A DNA stretch of 64,000 bases, taken from contig NMRA01000235.1 in the NCBI GenBank assembly GCA_002633005.1, forward strand, positions 48,127 through 112,126, given 5' to 3'. Shown piece after piece: positions 12,885 through 25,700 of the stretch (its first letter is position 1; each line of letters starts with the position of its first letter). A program made the position numbers and the translations under genes. The DNA comes from Phoronis australis. Its lineage: Eukaryota > Animalia > Phoronida. The notes under the pieces were generated by a model. That model worked only from the letters and a program-made list of their open reading frames with translations, was not told where the DNA came from and searched no databases.

Positions 12885-12992
12885 CACAGGCGCTTGGGTT
12901 TATCGCAAATGACGTCACTCAATAATATATATATATGTTTTCTTATATATATTATTGAGTGACGTCATTTGCGATAAACCCAAGCGCCTGTG
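12885..12992. mobile_element. 108-bp palindromic MITE with 8-bp TSD (hAT or P type)
   Basis: Perfect ~50-bp inverted arms CACAGGCGCTTGGG...CCCAAGCGCCTGTG, flanked on both sides by TTTGTGAC (12877-12884 and 12993-13000). Confidence 0.88.
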
Positions 12993-14284
12993 TTTGTGAC
13001 AAAGCCACGATTGTGGAGCTTGTTTCTGTCTTAACTTTGTTTGAAATCGGTCCAACTTGAAACAAAAATGGGTTAGCCCTCTTTTGTGATATTTCTTAAA
13101 TATAATTCTCCGCTCCTTTCACCCACACAGAACACAAAATGAGTTCGTTAGTTTAACGATATCGTTAAATCTTTTTGAGACGTTTTGATTTTTGACAATC
13201 AAAGCAGTTTTGAGCAGTGCAGGGCGTTTTCCACTCATGTCATGCCCCTAGGTAAGGTAAAACCGCGTCTTTACATATTTTGCATCAATAAACGGCGACA
13301 CCGACAGTATGTGGTCAGAAGAAAAATGAAAAATATCAGGACATGTTTCCCTGTAAGTACAAACAGATCTAACACAAATAACCCGCAAGGTTTTTACAAG
13401 TTCATTTTCAAAGCAAAAATCGTCTCTCAAAAGCACGTGAGCATAAACTTAGTTGTATATGTGGCTCTAACTGCCTTATAACGGTTCATAGACTTAAAGA
13501 GCGTGCGCTAGTTTTGAAGGCAATTCACTTCGTTACCAATAACAACACTTACATTACATATCTTTGAAACAGCATTAGCATTTTTGTTACACGTGAATGG
13601 AAGGTGACAATAAAACAACACATCCAGTTTAAAAAAGTGGAGTGAATCCACCTACACATATACATGCGATATCTCTTCCATTGTTTTCTTTGGAGCATCA
13701 TTGTTTCATACATTGGCATTTAAGTTGTTCACCACCATGTTCAGGCCAGGGCACATTGATGTAACCAATTACAAGTAAGACTCCACCGAAGTCACCAGGA
13801 ACCAACAAATCAGGCTTTGAAAAAAATGGTTCACGTGTTTAACACCAGAATATGATTGGTAGAGGGTTTTAACTGAGGTGGAAATGCTATCTTTGAATCT
13901 CGATGAAAACAAAAAGAAGAGGGCGACACAGAATGTTTTATGATCTAAGGTACGGAACACGGCAACAATGCCCAGATGTTTGTTATCCTAGTTAGACCAC
14001 TAATTGGACATTATGGCGATATTACATGTAGGATATACAGTAACAAGTTAGTTAGGTTAAAGGTTAGACAGATAATGTACAAATTTTTCCATTTGTCTAT
14101 CAGCATAAATCTTAATTACATAACAAGTTTTGATGGAAATTGCAAAGTAATCTATGAGAGTCCTTTACTCGCTACTGGGAACTGGACCCACGTTAACATG
14201 GTTTTGTACCAAGTGCTTTTCAGCAGTCTTTGCACAAATATGGATTCACCACAGAACGGGTTTATACGTTGGTGTTTGATCAAG

Positions 14285-14542
14285 CTAAAACAAAGTTCGC
14301 ACCGGGCGTTGTTTCGCAGGGACCTTCATCAATTCAGCGTACATATCTCTGTCGTAATCTGACGGCTGAAAATGCTTGCCACTGCTTTGTGCGTTGCGTG
14401 AACGGGTAGCGCTGCGTTCTTCACACGAGCGAGCTAGCCAAGTACGGCAAAGTGTGTCATCTTTCGGAAAGCGATGCAAGGTACCCAAAGCGCGTGTGAG
14501 ACGATAATGAGAACATCCTGGTACGCAGCAACAATGTGGCAT
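14285..14542 (-). mobile_element. THAP zinc-finger ORF relic, likely the N-terminus of a decayed DNA transposase (P, Kolobok or Harbinger type)
   Basis: MPHCCCVPGCS...LHRFPKD...W...KHFQPSDY matches the THAP pattern; third Cys lost; early stop. Confidence 0.65.
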
Positions 14543-15060
14543 GTTGACTGACTCGTAAACAAAAGCAAACGACGACCGAACTTATCTCAACAGAGGTAGA
14601 ACAATGACTGACTCGACTGCTCTCACAGTCAGACTGTATGAAAAGAAATTGGCACGAAATTCTTGCCTCCCAAAACGTCACTTCCGGAGTAGAGGACGAG
14701 AAATTAATTAAAATACGAAAAGCTGTAATTAAGTGAAAAATATGTCTGGGATAATCAACAGACCTTGTTTTTGCTAAAAGTGACATGAAAAAGGTTGTCT
14801 TCGTCTTTAAAGGCAAATGTTTCACGAGCATATTCGCATAAAGTACCAAAATGATAACTGACGCGATACATGTAGGTTGATGAGAATGGAATGTCGAATT
14901 ATAATAAAACATTATGAGTTATTAGACGTGATTCACTTTTTGCGTTCTTCAATCGATGTTATTTCGTCGTATACGTTCGTGCATGAAGAGCTGCGCTCTG
15001 ATGGCTACACGTAAATGTGTGGGCTAAAAAAGGCTGAGCTTCTGGAACGGCAAAAATCAG

Positions 15061-15140
15061 TGGCCTAGACTTTGCAAGGGTGGTATAGATTTTGCAAAGG
15101 TTATCTAGATTTTGTTAGGGTGGCCTAGATTTTGCTAGGT
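15061..15140. repeat. Degenerate 20-bp tandem repeat x4
   Basis: tggcctagattttgc(a/t)aggg-like units. Confidence 0.7.
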
Positions 15141-17364
15141 TGTCCTGATAAGTTCACGGGTATATCGTGGTGAATTTACACTTGCTTTCACACGCTGAGT
15201 TATTCCTTTACTCAAAGAAATCCCATTCAATTCTTTCCAGTTGATGTGTACAAGGCTAATGACACTTTCAGCATAGCTTTTTAAATTCTATCCACGAAAT
15301 GCGCTTTTGCTTCGTGTTTTGTAACTAGTTAATACAATCAATACAATCTACTTCAAGATATATCAAAGCAACGAAATGTGAAAATCTTATTTGATTTACA
15401 GAAGTGGGTTACATTTGGATTATGAAGTGTGAAGCTCTCTTGAATCCTACGTCATAACTACATAGTATTTATTATCATGCTAGTGGAATATTAGTTAAAG
15501 GACGAAAACTTGTATGGTACTGAGTCACCATGGTAACAATTATACATGTCTACTTTGATACTGAACGTGAGCCCTGTTCACCATGTATTGTTGAACATTT
15601 CCAAAGTATACTCTAAATTACTTACTGTGGCAAAAGGCTGTTGGAATCATTTTAGTTTTTCATTTCTGCTGAAACCACATTGCTAGGTGCAAGTCTTACG
15701 TACAATGAAAATTTTGAAACCCGAGTGTCCAATATTTCAAAAATGTCATTTTTACCTTTCATTTGAGTGTGACAACAAGTAACAAAATCCGATTTCTGTG
15801 GAATCGGTTGAAAGATTAACATCATGCAAAAAATAACAAAACTCAGATTCAAGTGACTATATTATTACGTAATCATTATGAAGTGATAAGGTAGCAGTTG
15901 ACGGGCGTGCGGAGGCACAAAGTAGAGGCATGAACGGTTTCTCAAGAGCTAAAAGTGTCACTGGTGTCGCAACACAGGTTCGACTGATTTGAAAACGTGC
16001 ATGTAAATATAATTTTTTGTTTTGGGCTAAATAATAAGTAATTCGTGCAAAAACAAAACGACGCTAGAGTGCAGCACGAAAACGACTTTTCGATATTAAT
16101 CAAAAGTCATCCTCAGGTACAACAATAGACACAAAACAAGATACCGTAACAGAATTACATTAATTTTGAAAAGTGGTTATCAAACATCCATGTGCCACCG
16201 TTTTCTCGATGGAAAAGGTTCGGCCAAATTTCATAAAATTTCCCCAAATAAATTCAGTTATATAAACAGCCACCAGGGTGCCACCAGTAGTCAAAGTATC
16301 TAAAAGTTGACGTTGACTGTTTTGATTACCATAGGAACATATTTGAAAAAATAATGAAGACCCTTTATGAGATTTATGAGATACTGCCTATTGTTAGACA
16401 CTGTAAAATACGCGATGGTTAGTCTTTTCTATAGACCATTCCATGAAAACAAATGAAAAGCCCATAGTTTCTATTTTTATTGTTTTAGTCAGGCAGCAAA
16501 CTGATGAAAAATTGTCATTGCAAATCAACAACTCCCTGCAAACTGGCCCCGAAGCCTCTCAAAAATGGTTGAAAATCAAAGACACAAAATTGGGCAAAAT
16601 TTACCAACTTTGGCACCCCCCTTGAAGGTTAACGGAAACCTCTTTGAAAATTCCAAGATTGTTTTCTGAAAGAGAAATTCAGTGTCTACATAAACATTGT
16701 AAATTTGTTTTCTTTCTCGTACTTTTAAACCGTTTTAAAACAACTTTACTAACTGAACCTTTTGAACCAAAATTGAATTATTTTGGGCCAAAATATTCAT
16801 GATGCTCTAACTTAAAAATAATGGTATTTCTAACATATCCAACCAGGATGTATGTACACGTATTTTTTTCAAGATCTGAGTTGTTGACCCCAGAGTCGAC
16901 GTTTTGGTGCTCTCGTGGAATGATAGCTTTAACAAACTCAAATTTGTTTGTTAGTTCTTTCGATCGGGATTTTTCTACATTGCTGCACACCTGAAGAAAG
17001 AGAATTGTTTCGACACTACCAGCGACTCTGTATCAAGTTTTCAAACAAAAAATAGCTCTGGGGTTGAGTTTATTAATGGTTTACGCCAAAAGTCAATTAA
17101 AAGCGTCTTGAAAAATCCAAAGATGAAGCTAAATCAAATTAGTGACGTCAACGTAATCAAAAAATGGGAGGAGGTAACGTCGGTGGCATTTATTCTCCCG
17201 ATTTTAAATTAATGGGCCACTACATTGTACGCTGAGTAATTGAAATGAAATTTATGTTCACCACTAGGTGGGGGATCAAACGGAGGCAGCGTCTTCCGTT
17301 GCTCTAGCTCGAGATATGGCCAATATGAAAAGTCGCAAAGCCGAATTAATCAAGCGCTTTACAC

Positions 17365-18659
17365 TAAACTGTAATCCTTAACACTGCTTACATTTATACT
17401 GTTTTTCGCTTTATTGACAAGGGCATTCAGTGCACGTTGTCGACGATGCAATTCGTTGAGAATTTGGGAACACAGGGTGGTATACGGCCGGTTGAATGCT
17501 AGGGGACAACAGGATCCATACACCTAGGTATTGATGCTGTATGACCCGAATGAACTTTTCAATGCCATGACGTAATTCTCGAATCCTGCCAAATCTAGGC
17601 AGGTAGGTGTGCTTCGGTCCCAGATCAACTACGGTAATTTATGATACACACTTGTTGGTTAGGAATCGACAGTGAACACAACATCGAGTGAATCTCATTT
17701 CAACGCCTGTAGCAGTTGTGACCGTCAAAGCATTTACCGACCCGGGTCGCCGACAAGCCAAATGGGTCACTGCAGTGCATCAATTGTTGAGGACGCGCTC
17801 AAATTACCATCTGTCCTTTTTAGAAGATTTCTTCACAACAGCTCTGCAGCATGCCCTACAGCACACCAACAAAACTTAAGGTGAAAACCAGTTTGTGCTA
17901 AAGGAGGTCATCTTGTCAGTGTAGTGAGGTGACATGAAATTTTAACTCTATGCCCACATGACCGACGCAGGTATACATTACGCCGACGACGGTAACCAGG
18001 TCACGGCCCGGTCTCCAATCTCCGTTCTCAGACTCACACTCATACTCTAGATTTCGCTTTAAACTGAGGTGTAACTCTTACAGTTTGCCACTGCTTACAT
18101 TCATACTGATGTTTTGCTTTAATGATAAGGACTTTCACTGCACGCTGTGGACGAGGGGACAACATCTATAAACAGGTGCTATACACCTATGTACATGTAT
18201 TGATATTGTATGACCGTGAATGAACTTTTCCGTGCCATGATGTAATTCTCGAGTCCTGCCAAATCTAGGTAGGTAGGTGGCGTGTGCTTCGGTCCTACAT
18301 CAACTACGGTAATTTGTGATACACGCTTGTTGGTTAGGAATCGACAGTGAACACAACATCGAGTATAAATCTCATTTCCGTTGAAGCCGCTCGTCGACCC
18401 GAGACGCCGACAAGCCAAAGGGGTCACTACAGTGCATCAATATGTTGCGGACGCGCTCAAATAATTGTGTGCCATTTTATAGGAGATTTCTTCGCAACAG
18501 TTCTGCAGCATGCCGTAAAACGCACCAACAAAACTCAAGGTGAGAACCAGTTTATGCTAAAGGAGGTCATCTTGTCAGTGCAGTGCGGTGACATGAAATT
18601 TTTAAGTTGTGCCCGCGTTACCGACGCAGGTATATATTACGCCGACGACGGTAACCAGG
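17365..18659. repeat. Diverged ~600-630-bp direct tandem duplication (17365-18000 and 18060-18659)
   Basis: Collinear blocks shared by both copies, from cactgcttacatt through cttgttggttaggaatcgacagtgaacacaacatcgag to tacgccgacgacggtaaccagg. Confidence 0.85.
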
Positions 18660-18660
18660 C

Positions 18661-18820
18661 CAGCCTCCCGTTCAGTAACGGTAGGGCCTCGCTAAAAATC
18701 AAGACTTCGCGAGACTACGCGAGATATTGCCGTGTATTTTAAATGACAACACGTGACTTTGACTAGGTCTTAGCTAGGTCCTAGCGTAGGTCCTTGCGTC
18801 TACTGAACGCACGCCAGGTT
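18661..18820. mobile_element. ~150-bp MITE; second copy at 29155-29303
   Basis: Both copies start cagcctc.cgttcagtaac and end cctagcgtaggtcc...tgaac.cacgccaggtt, with imperfect terminal inverted repeats. Confidence 0.65.
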
Positions 18821-18844
18821 TGCGTGTGTGCTACTGCATAAATT

Positions 18845-18848
<4 letters not shown>

Positions 18849-18880
<32 letters not shown>
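18849..18880. repeat. (TA)n microsatellite
   Basis: Uninterrupted TA run. Confidence 0.95.
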
Positions 18881-18883
<3 letters not shown>

Positions 18884-18958
18884 GGCGAGAAGTGGTGTGT
18901 TGAGGTCTCATCACGTGCTAACCACATTTGGTTTCCATGCCGGGTCATGTCGATGTCA

Positions 18959-19117
18959 GCAGTGGCGGCTTTAGGGGGGAGGGGGCATGGGGGCCATATC
19001 CCCCGTAAATTTCTCCCAGATTGGCAGTTTGGGGCTGAGAATGTCTGACGCGCAAAATCCTGGCTAATACACTACCCTGCTGCTCCCCACTAGCTCAAAA
19101 TCCTGGATCCTTCCCTG
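18959..19117. mobile_element. Short CAGTGGCGGA...TCCGCCCCTG-type inverted-repeat element; relatives at 41583-41749, 52354-52466 and ~26872
   Basis: Shared GC-rich termini; internal aaattctc..cag...tctgacg...atcctggc...aaaatcct shared with the 41583 copy. Confidence 0.6.
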
Positions 19118-19299
19118 TTCAGCATACACGTAAGATCTGAATTGGGATTGGCACCCCGACAGAGTAGATTGAGCGCTACAAATTGCGTTGTGATTGGTAT
19201 TTTCATGGCTTATATGAGTTATTCTTGCATAGCCTGAATGACATTATTTCCACTAAGTAAGAGTCTGACATTCATTGGCGGATTACAATAGCGGAGCAG

Positions 19300-19439
19300 C
19301 ATGGGCGGCGCACCATAGGGGGCTGGGGGGCATAGCCCCACTTTTTCAGTGCTGCGCCGGCCATGCTCTATAGGCAGTACCCCACAGGGGGCTGGGGGGG
19401 GCTTTAACCCCCACTGTTTTCAGTGCTGCGCCGCCCATG
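19300..19439. mobile_element. Dimer of the CATGGGCGGCGCA mini inverted-repeat element
   Basis: Starts CATGGGCGGCGCA and ends TGCGCCGCCCATG (perfect 13-bp TIR); two internal units. Confidence 0.72.
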
Positions 19440-20799
19440 AGCAGACGTCATTTTCACGGAAAGACGTCGCTCTGGTCGGCTGGCAACTGGTGTTGGCTTA
19501 CACAGTAAACGGAGCAGAAGTAGCATAATGTAGAACCCCGCGCTTTTTGGGACCCCGAGCCCAAAACCTCAAGTGATGCGAATACTACAGTATTTGGAAG
19601 TTGGGGTTCCGCCTTTTTCAATGTGTGTGTAGGAACAAGGGCGCAGTGCCTCAAATGGCGTTGCTCAAAGAAGTGCAGGGCTGCTCAAACTGAGCCTGCA
19701 CTCATAAAACGCGGGCAGCTAATGTGCAGAGACTCACCAAGCCTCCAAGCCTTTGTTTATTTTTAAAACTTTTTTGAATTTACACTGAGTTGGTGTTTCG
19801 TTACAATACAGGTAGACAAAACCTTCAAAAATTGAATTTTCGCAAAAACGAATATAATAGACAGAGGTAGCATTCTTGAAATCACAAGTGGTAAGGGGCT
19901 CCTGATTATTGGTGTGTGAATTATCCTGAAAGCGTCCTTTTCGATCAACAGGTAGCGTTGCCTAGTGAACACGCTGTCTCATAACACCAGTTACAGCCAA
20001 ATTGGCTCTGTGTGTGAATAGGCACAGCTCAGACCATCTATGGGAGCTCCAAAGTTTCGAAGTCAAGTTGACCGTAGGTGCCGGACTAGTTACATACTGG
20101 TAAAGCGTAGCGTTAAGCTGTGAGGAGCTACATGTAGATTCATTCATACGAAACTAAAAATGGCCCCTTGGTGTAAGACCACAATGCAATGTTTAGTGCG
20201 ACTCTTTGATAATTTTTTATGGTCAGTTTTCAGAGTAGACAAATAAAACATTAACTGGTGGCTATTATCACTGACAATTTAAAATAGTTGGCACATACAG
20301 TCTACTAGGAATTGGTCTTTAATTCGAAAGTAAAACATTCGCAGAAATGGATGTCAGGAGTACTAAATAGCCATCAAAGTAACCACACGACTGCAGGAGT
20401 CCCGTCAATAGTTGCTGTGTCGCACACGTATAAATACTTTTCATTTTTACATTCGGAATGTAATTTTAAAAACATCTTTCGGCTATTGCCCGTCTGCGAG
20501 ATTTAACAGGCTATTCTCAGTTGTTATTTTGGCTTGCTTTTTGCTTTGGCAAAAGTCACCAAGAAAGCTACGAAAGATTGCAGGATACATTTGGATCACT
20601 TCGAAAAGTGCAAATTTTAAAAGCCGTCGAAAGTGCAACAATCTCAACTAATCTGGTAATTAAATATCCCCAAGACTTGGAAATTTTTCTGTGATGAGCT
20701 AGTACAGTTATGTGAACTGACCAAACCGATCCAATTGGCAGCCAAAAAAAGCCAACTAAGGTCCAGTAGAGATGCAAATGTATTGGTATATAACCAACA

Positions 20800-20986
20800 A
20801 TTGTCGTGGTTTCCAAGTGTTGAAATCGTTAAATCTACCTGTCCCCATGGTTATGCTAATTACTGCGGCGAACGTTCATTTTCAAAATTTGGACGAATTA
20901 AAAACGGTTTCAGATGCATTGACATGGAACAGAGAAGGTTGAACAGCCTCGCACTGGCCAGTGCTGAAGATAAACTTAACGAGTGA
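20800..20986 (+). mobile_element. hAT transposase C-terminal dimerisation domain relic
   Basis: FPSVEIV...NYCGERSFSKFGRIKNGFR..MEQRRLNSLALAS matches the hAT ERSFS-LKRIK-R-M-RL-LAL motif. Confidence 0.75.
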
Positions 20987-22789
20987 CTACACTGGTTTCA
21001 TTCAATGAACCAGTTCATGCCGTTGTCGTATTTTCATGTCTTGGCGCTGAGCTTGGCGTGTGTGTTAGCTGAGCTCAGATATGGTTCACTTGAAACAGAC
21101 AATTCAACTTAGTCACCTGTATCTTATCGTTTGCAGTTGACCTAAGAGCGTTTTTAAAACTTTGTTAAGTCGGTGTAGAAGAATCCTTTCCTTCCCAAAG
21201 GTGAAACTTACTCTTACATACTTTGCTTTTATTTGTAGATAATCGCTGTATGACCTTTTGGGTAAGGACCCCGCGCAATAAATCCGGCCTTGAACACCGG
21301 ATAAGGCAATGGTCTGTTTAGAGTGACCGGTGATCGACAGCGGAGACCTACATGTACCTGTGCATAAATGTATTATTCGTGTTATGAGCAAGAACACTGA
21401 ATGACCATTCCCCCTGAGTATCTGTAATAGACCAGGCTACAGAAAATGCTCAGGATAGAACGCAATAACTTTAAATGCATTGAGCTTGCTTTATAGAACC
21501 TGCCTATTGAGTGCTATTGCGATGACCAGGCGATTTTCATCGGATAAGTACTAGCAGTGAAACTAAAGCTTGCGACGGCGATACGCTAACGAAGCTTCCA
21601 AGATAACAATTGCATTGTGACCTCAGCCGACAATGGGGCGATTGTCGGGAGATGATCGTCCCACGCCACTGAGGCGGGTCTAGAAGGGGGTGTCAGGGAG
21701 CCCCGCTTTGCTGCCGCAAAAACTGAAATAAAACAGCAAGAACGTGAGGAAATATTGAGTTTATTAACTAACCCTGGTAATTATGCGGCGGAAACAAGAT
21801 ACAACTATGTGTGCAGTTTTAGTAGTGTTTGTGTCTGCGTGTGTGGAATGGGGCTCAGACCCGATTATTGAGTTGCAAGTGACTGATTCACGTTTTTATA
21901 GTCCTCTGTTGTTTTTTAGTAAGAGGCACATATTCTCAGAAATTGGAGCTCCCCTACATTTTAGGCTGGGTGCGCACATGCAATCGGGCTTTGCGCCATT
22001 GCCTGAGAGAAAATGTTGGGTCCCCTTATGATATCCTAGGTCCGCCACTGGGCCAAAATGATCAATTTTCTTCTGGAAACTTACTGGATGGGCACAAGAC
22101 TGAAGCTTTATGTGACCACGGCACTGAAGCTGTGAGCCTTATTAATATTAGCACACTATGCGTGACAAGTGTAGACCAGAGCGGCAGTTAGATCACGACT
22201 GTCACTCTTGTGATGCCTCGCTACCATCACACAGACACGTTCCTGACGTCATTGACTTCCTTATTTGGAAAAGTCAAGCGAGTTAACCCGGTTTTACCAT
22301 TATAACGAAGATTAGGTAGAGCCTTCCTTTTGGTAGAGTTTAGTTGGAGGGAATTCCGCAGTGTTTTGAGTGCTTGACTTGCAATCATAATAACTATACA
22401 GATATCTCGAAACATTTGCCGACCACGTGACAAGAATTTTTGCTTTCGTCAGATATCGATGTCGTGCAAATGGCCATACCACTCTGTTGGATACATTTTT
22501 ACACTGCTACACCATTAAGCCAAGGCAAGATTACGTGTTCTACTCCACGACAACACATTTTGGCATGCTATTTTCAAAATGCCTTTGACGACGAAATTTT
22601 CATATTTTTAAAAATCTGCAATGCTACAATATAATACTTCGTATTACATCGTCGCCAAATTTAGAAAAATAGTTGAAGTGCACTTCAGAAGCTAGTGCAA
22701 TGAATCAAATAACTCCCAAGTTCATGACTGTATGAAAAAATAAGATAGCAGGTTTAATACACCAAACCAATATTTTCGGTGTCTTTCAG

Positions 22790-25700
22790 CCATGGGTTGA
22801 ATAAACGCCTGAAAGAAACCGCAGACGCCGTCATCATCGGTGGCGGCATTATTGGTTGCAGCGTAGCTTACCACCTGGCCAAAGCCGGCATGAAGGACGT
22901 GGTACTATTGGAAAAATCTGAGCTTACCGCCGGGTCAACGTGGCACGCCGTAAGTATGGCTCGAGACGCTAATATACGGATGTAGGAGCGTGGGAAGCTA
23001 ATTTCGGGATGTCCCGTTGTTTGTTCTGGATTGAATTGGAGGAAATTGATGGGAAAGGGTCACTTTCGAAAGTTACTTCACCTAAAAGCGAAGTGTCGAT
23101 CTTTAGAATCGAGTACTAATCAGGCCAGTCTTCATCCATTTCAACAGAAGCGAAGGGGTGAATAAAGGGAGCGAGGGAAAGATGGGAAAAAGTCATGGAA
23201 ACAATAGTCAAGGAAGCAGTTCTTTGTTAAATGAAATCAGCTAATCTTCGACTCGGCCAGGTGATATTCCACCATTACCTATTTGTTATCACGGTATTGC
23301 AGGCGGGCGCCACAACGTACTTCAATCCGGGCAGAAACATGAAGAAGATCCATTACTACGGCATCAACCTGTACAACCAACTGGAGAAGGAAACGGGGCA
23401 GGTACAGTGTACGCATGCGTCTTACAGGTCACGTGAGCAAGATTACGCGCGCGCTGTTTTCTTTGGTTAGCTTCAGTTAGAGTACTTAGAAACTCCCCGA
23501 ACATTGTCTGTAATATTTTGCATTCCTTTGAAATCGTTAATAGATGAACTATGCAGTAATTTACGAGGTTTCCCAAAAGTACTGGCACTGTAGTGTGAAG
23601 ATCATGCAGTGTAATTGGTCGCTCTGCCCTGGTTCATGTTTCAGGACATCGGGTTTCACCGCGTAGGTAGCGTCCGCCTGGCAACGTCGCAAGTTCGAGT
23701 TGACGAGTTTCACTACCAGATGTCGCGTCACGGATGGCACCAGGCACCTCAGTGGCTTATAACACCAGAAGAAATACAACAAAGGGTTCCTATCATAAAT
23801 ATGGATAAGGTATCATTCCATTTATATACGAACACTATGTGCTTCATAAATTGGACAAGGTAACATTGAATTTACACGTGTGTACAGTGTTAGCCTTCTG
23901 CGCAATGAACTCATAGAAGTACCCTTACCTCGGGAGCACTGTGTCAATAAACTAAGGGGACTCTAAGCCTTTCATTGTAGATTACAATCGCTTAAGACCT
24001 GCAGCTGAAGTTTGCCTTCTGTCAACAAACGAATTGTGATTTAGACTAATTAGTGTTAAGATATTGGCCTCAAACAGCCCCTGTGTCAAACATATAAATG
24101 CGATTTCTGCTCAAAGAAAACTACGAGTTCGCTATTGCTTAAAAGACATGCCTCTGCAAGTTAAGTTGTCACAACGTGATATTTTGTTAGCGGAGCATGT
24201 TCGCAAGTCACGAAATGCTAGTTCTTTGCAAGGCCCAAACTCACTTCACTTCTCATCAAGCAACACGTTGAGATTAAGTATTAAAGAGGAAAATGGTCTG
24301 CATCAAAATTTCGTTTCTTTGACGGAACTTTGATTTATTGCCATTTAACAGGGTAGGGATTTTGTACCGCTGAGCCAAGATTGCAGGCACATATATAAGG
24401 GTAGGGGGTACCACTACGTCTCAAAAAGTGAGTCCGTGTAATAACCTACATCCACATGTATGCCCCAAGTATACTGTATAATTTAAGGTGCAGAAAATGG
24501 GTAATATACATGTACTTACAGGTTTGTATTTCTAGAGCACTGATGAATAAGAACCCCCATATTTATACCAAAATTATAAAAAATAAAATTTTCTTTATAC
24601 CCGGCAAAGTTATTAATCACTGACATCATAACAAAGGGTTTCAAGCTCCCATTATACTGGATAAAGAACATCACGCAAGGAAGGTTTTGCTATAATGCCT
24701 TCACACTTTGTAAGAAATGCAATGGGTTGCAGTTAAAACTTGGGCCAGAGTTTTCCTCAAATAGCCGTTAGAGCCGTTGTGGCACATCTAAACTATAGTC
24801 TAAGAGTTAGTAAATTAGTAAAACGTCCAAACCGTTGTGTGACAACTTCACCTACAATAAAACATATCTAACTGCCCAGGTTTCCTTGGTCTCATCACGT
24901 TCTATTAAATGTACTTTTATTGCCACTTGGTTTAATTTAATTAACCAGATACTCGGCGGTCTGTACAACCCCGACGATGGCTACCTTGATCCTTATTCAC
25001 TGACCCAAGCTTTGGCCATTGGTGCCCGCAAACATGGTGCAGAAATCTACGTGTCTGTTCCGGTAAATTCCACAACTCAACGGAAAGATGGACGATGGGA
25101 CGTCACCACGGATCAAGGGACAATCGTCACTAAGCACGTGATCAATGCAGCAGGTGATAATGTGATATTGCAAGATCTTTCTCCTCGTTCTCCACTCAGA
25201 TATCAAACCTTGAATGATATCTCATGCTTCCCTGCTACTACGAAGCAAGTCATCTGAAAAGATTTTGAAGGACTGCACCGACTACAGTATTAAATATTTC
25301 CAGTGTGAGATTCTTTGGTATGCTCGTGATATTCCAAAAAACCCATGAAAGTGCCAAATCCCGTATTCACTATTGAATCTGTCATACATTCTCTATTATA
25401 CCAAACCAACATGTGTAAAGTGTGTCTAACGCGTTCAATATGTTGAATTTATGGAAATGTGAGCAAACTCACAGCAAAACTTGTTAATTTGTAGGTTTCC
25501 ATGCTCGGGAGGTAGCCAAAATGGCGGACATTGATCTCCCAGTTGTTCCTATTGACCATCAATACGTCGTGACGTCAGCGATTCCGGAGGTGGCCGAGTT
25601 AAAACAAGAAATCCCCGTTCTTCGCGATTTAGACTCCTCCTATGCTGTCCGTATGGAGAGGCAGGGACTTTTGATAAGTCCTTACGAGAATGAGGACAAG

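Noticed and set aside
22380-22640. First (transit-peptide) exon of DMGDH
   Set aside because: No ATG-initiated frame with a phase-2 GT donor was found here; left unassigned.
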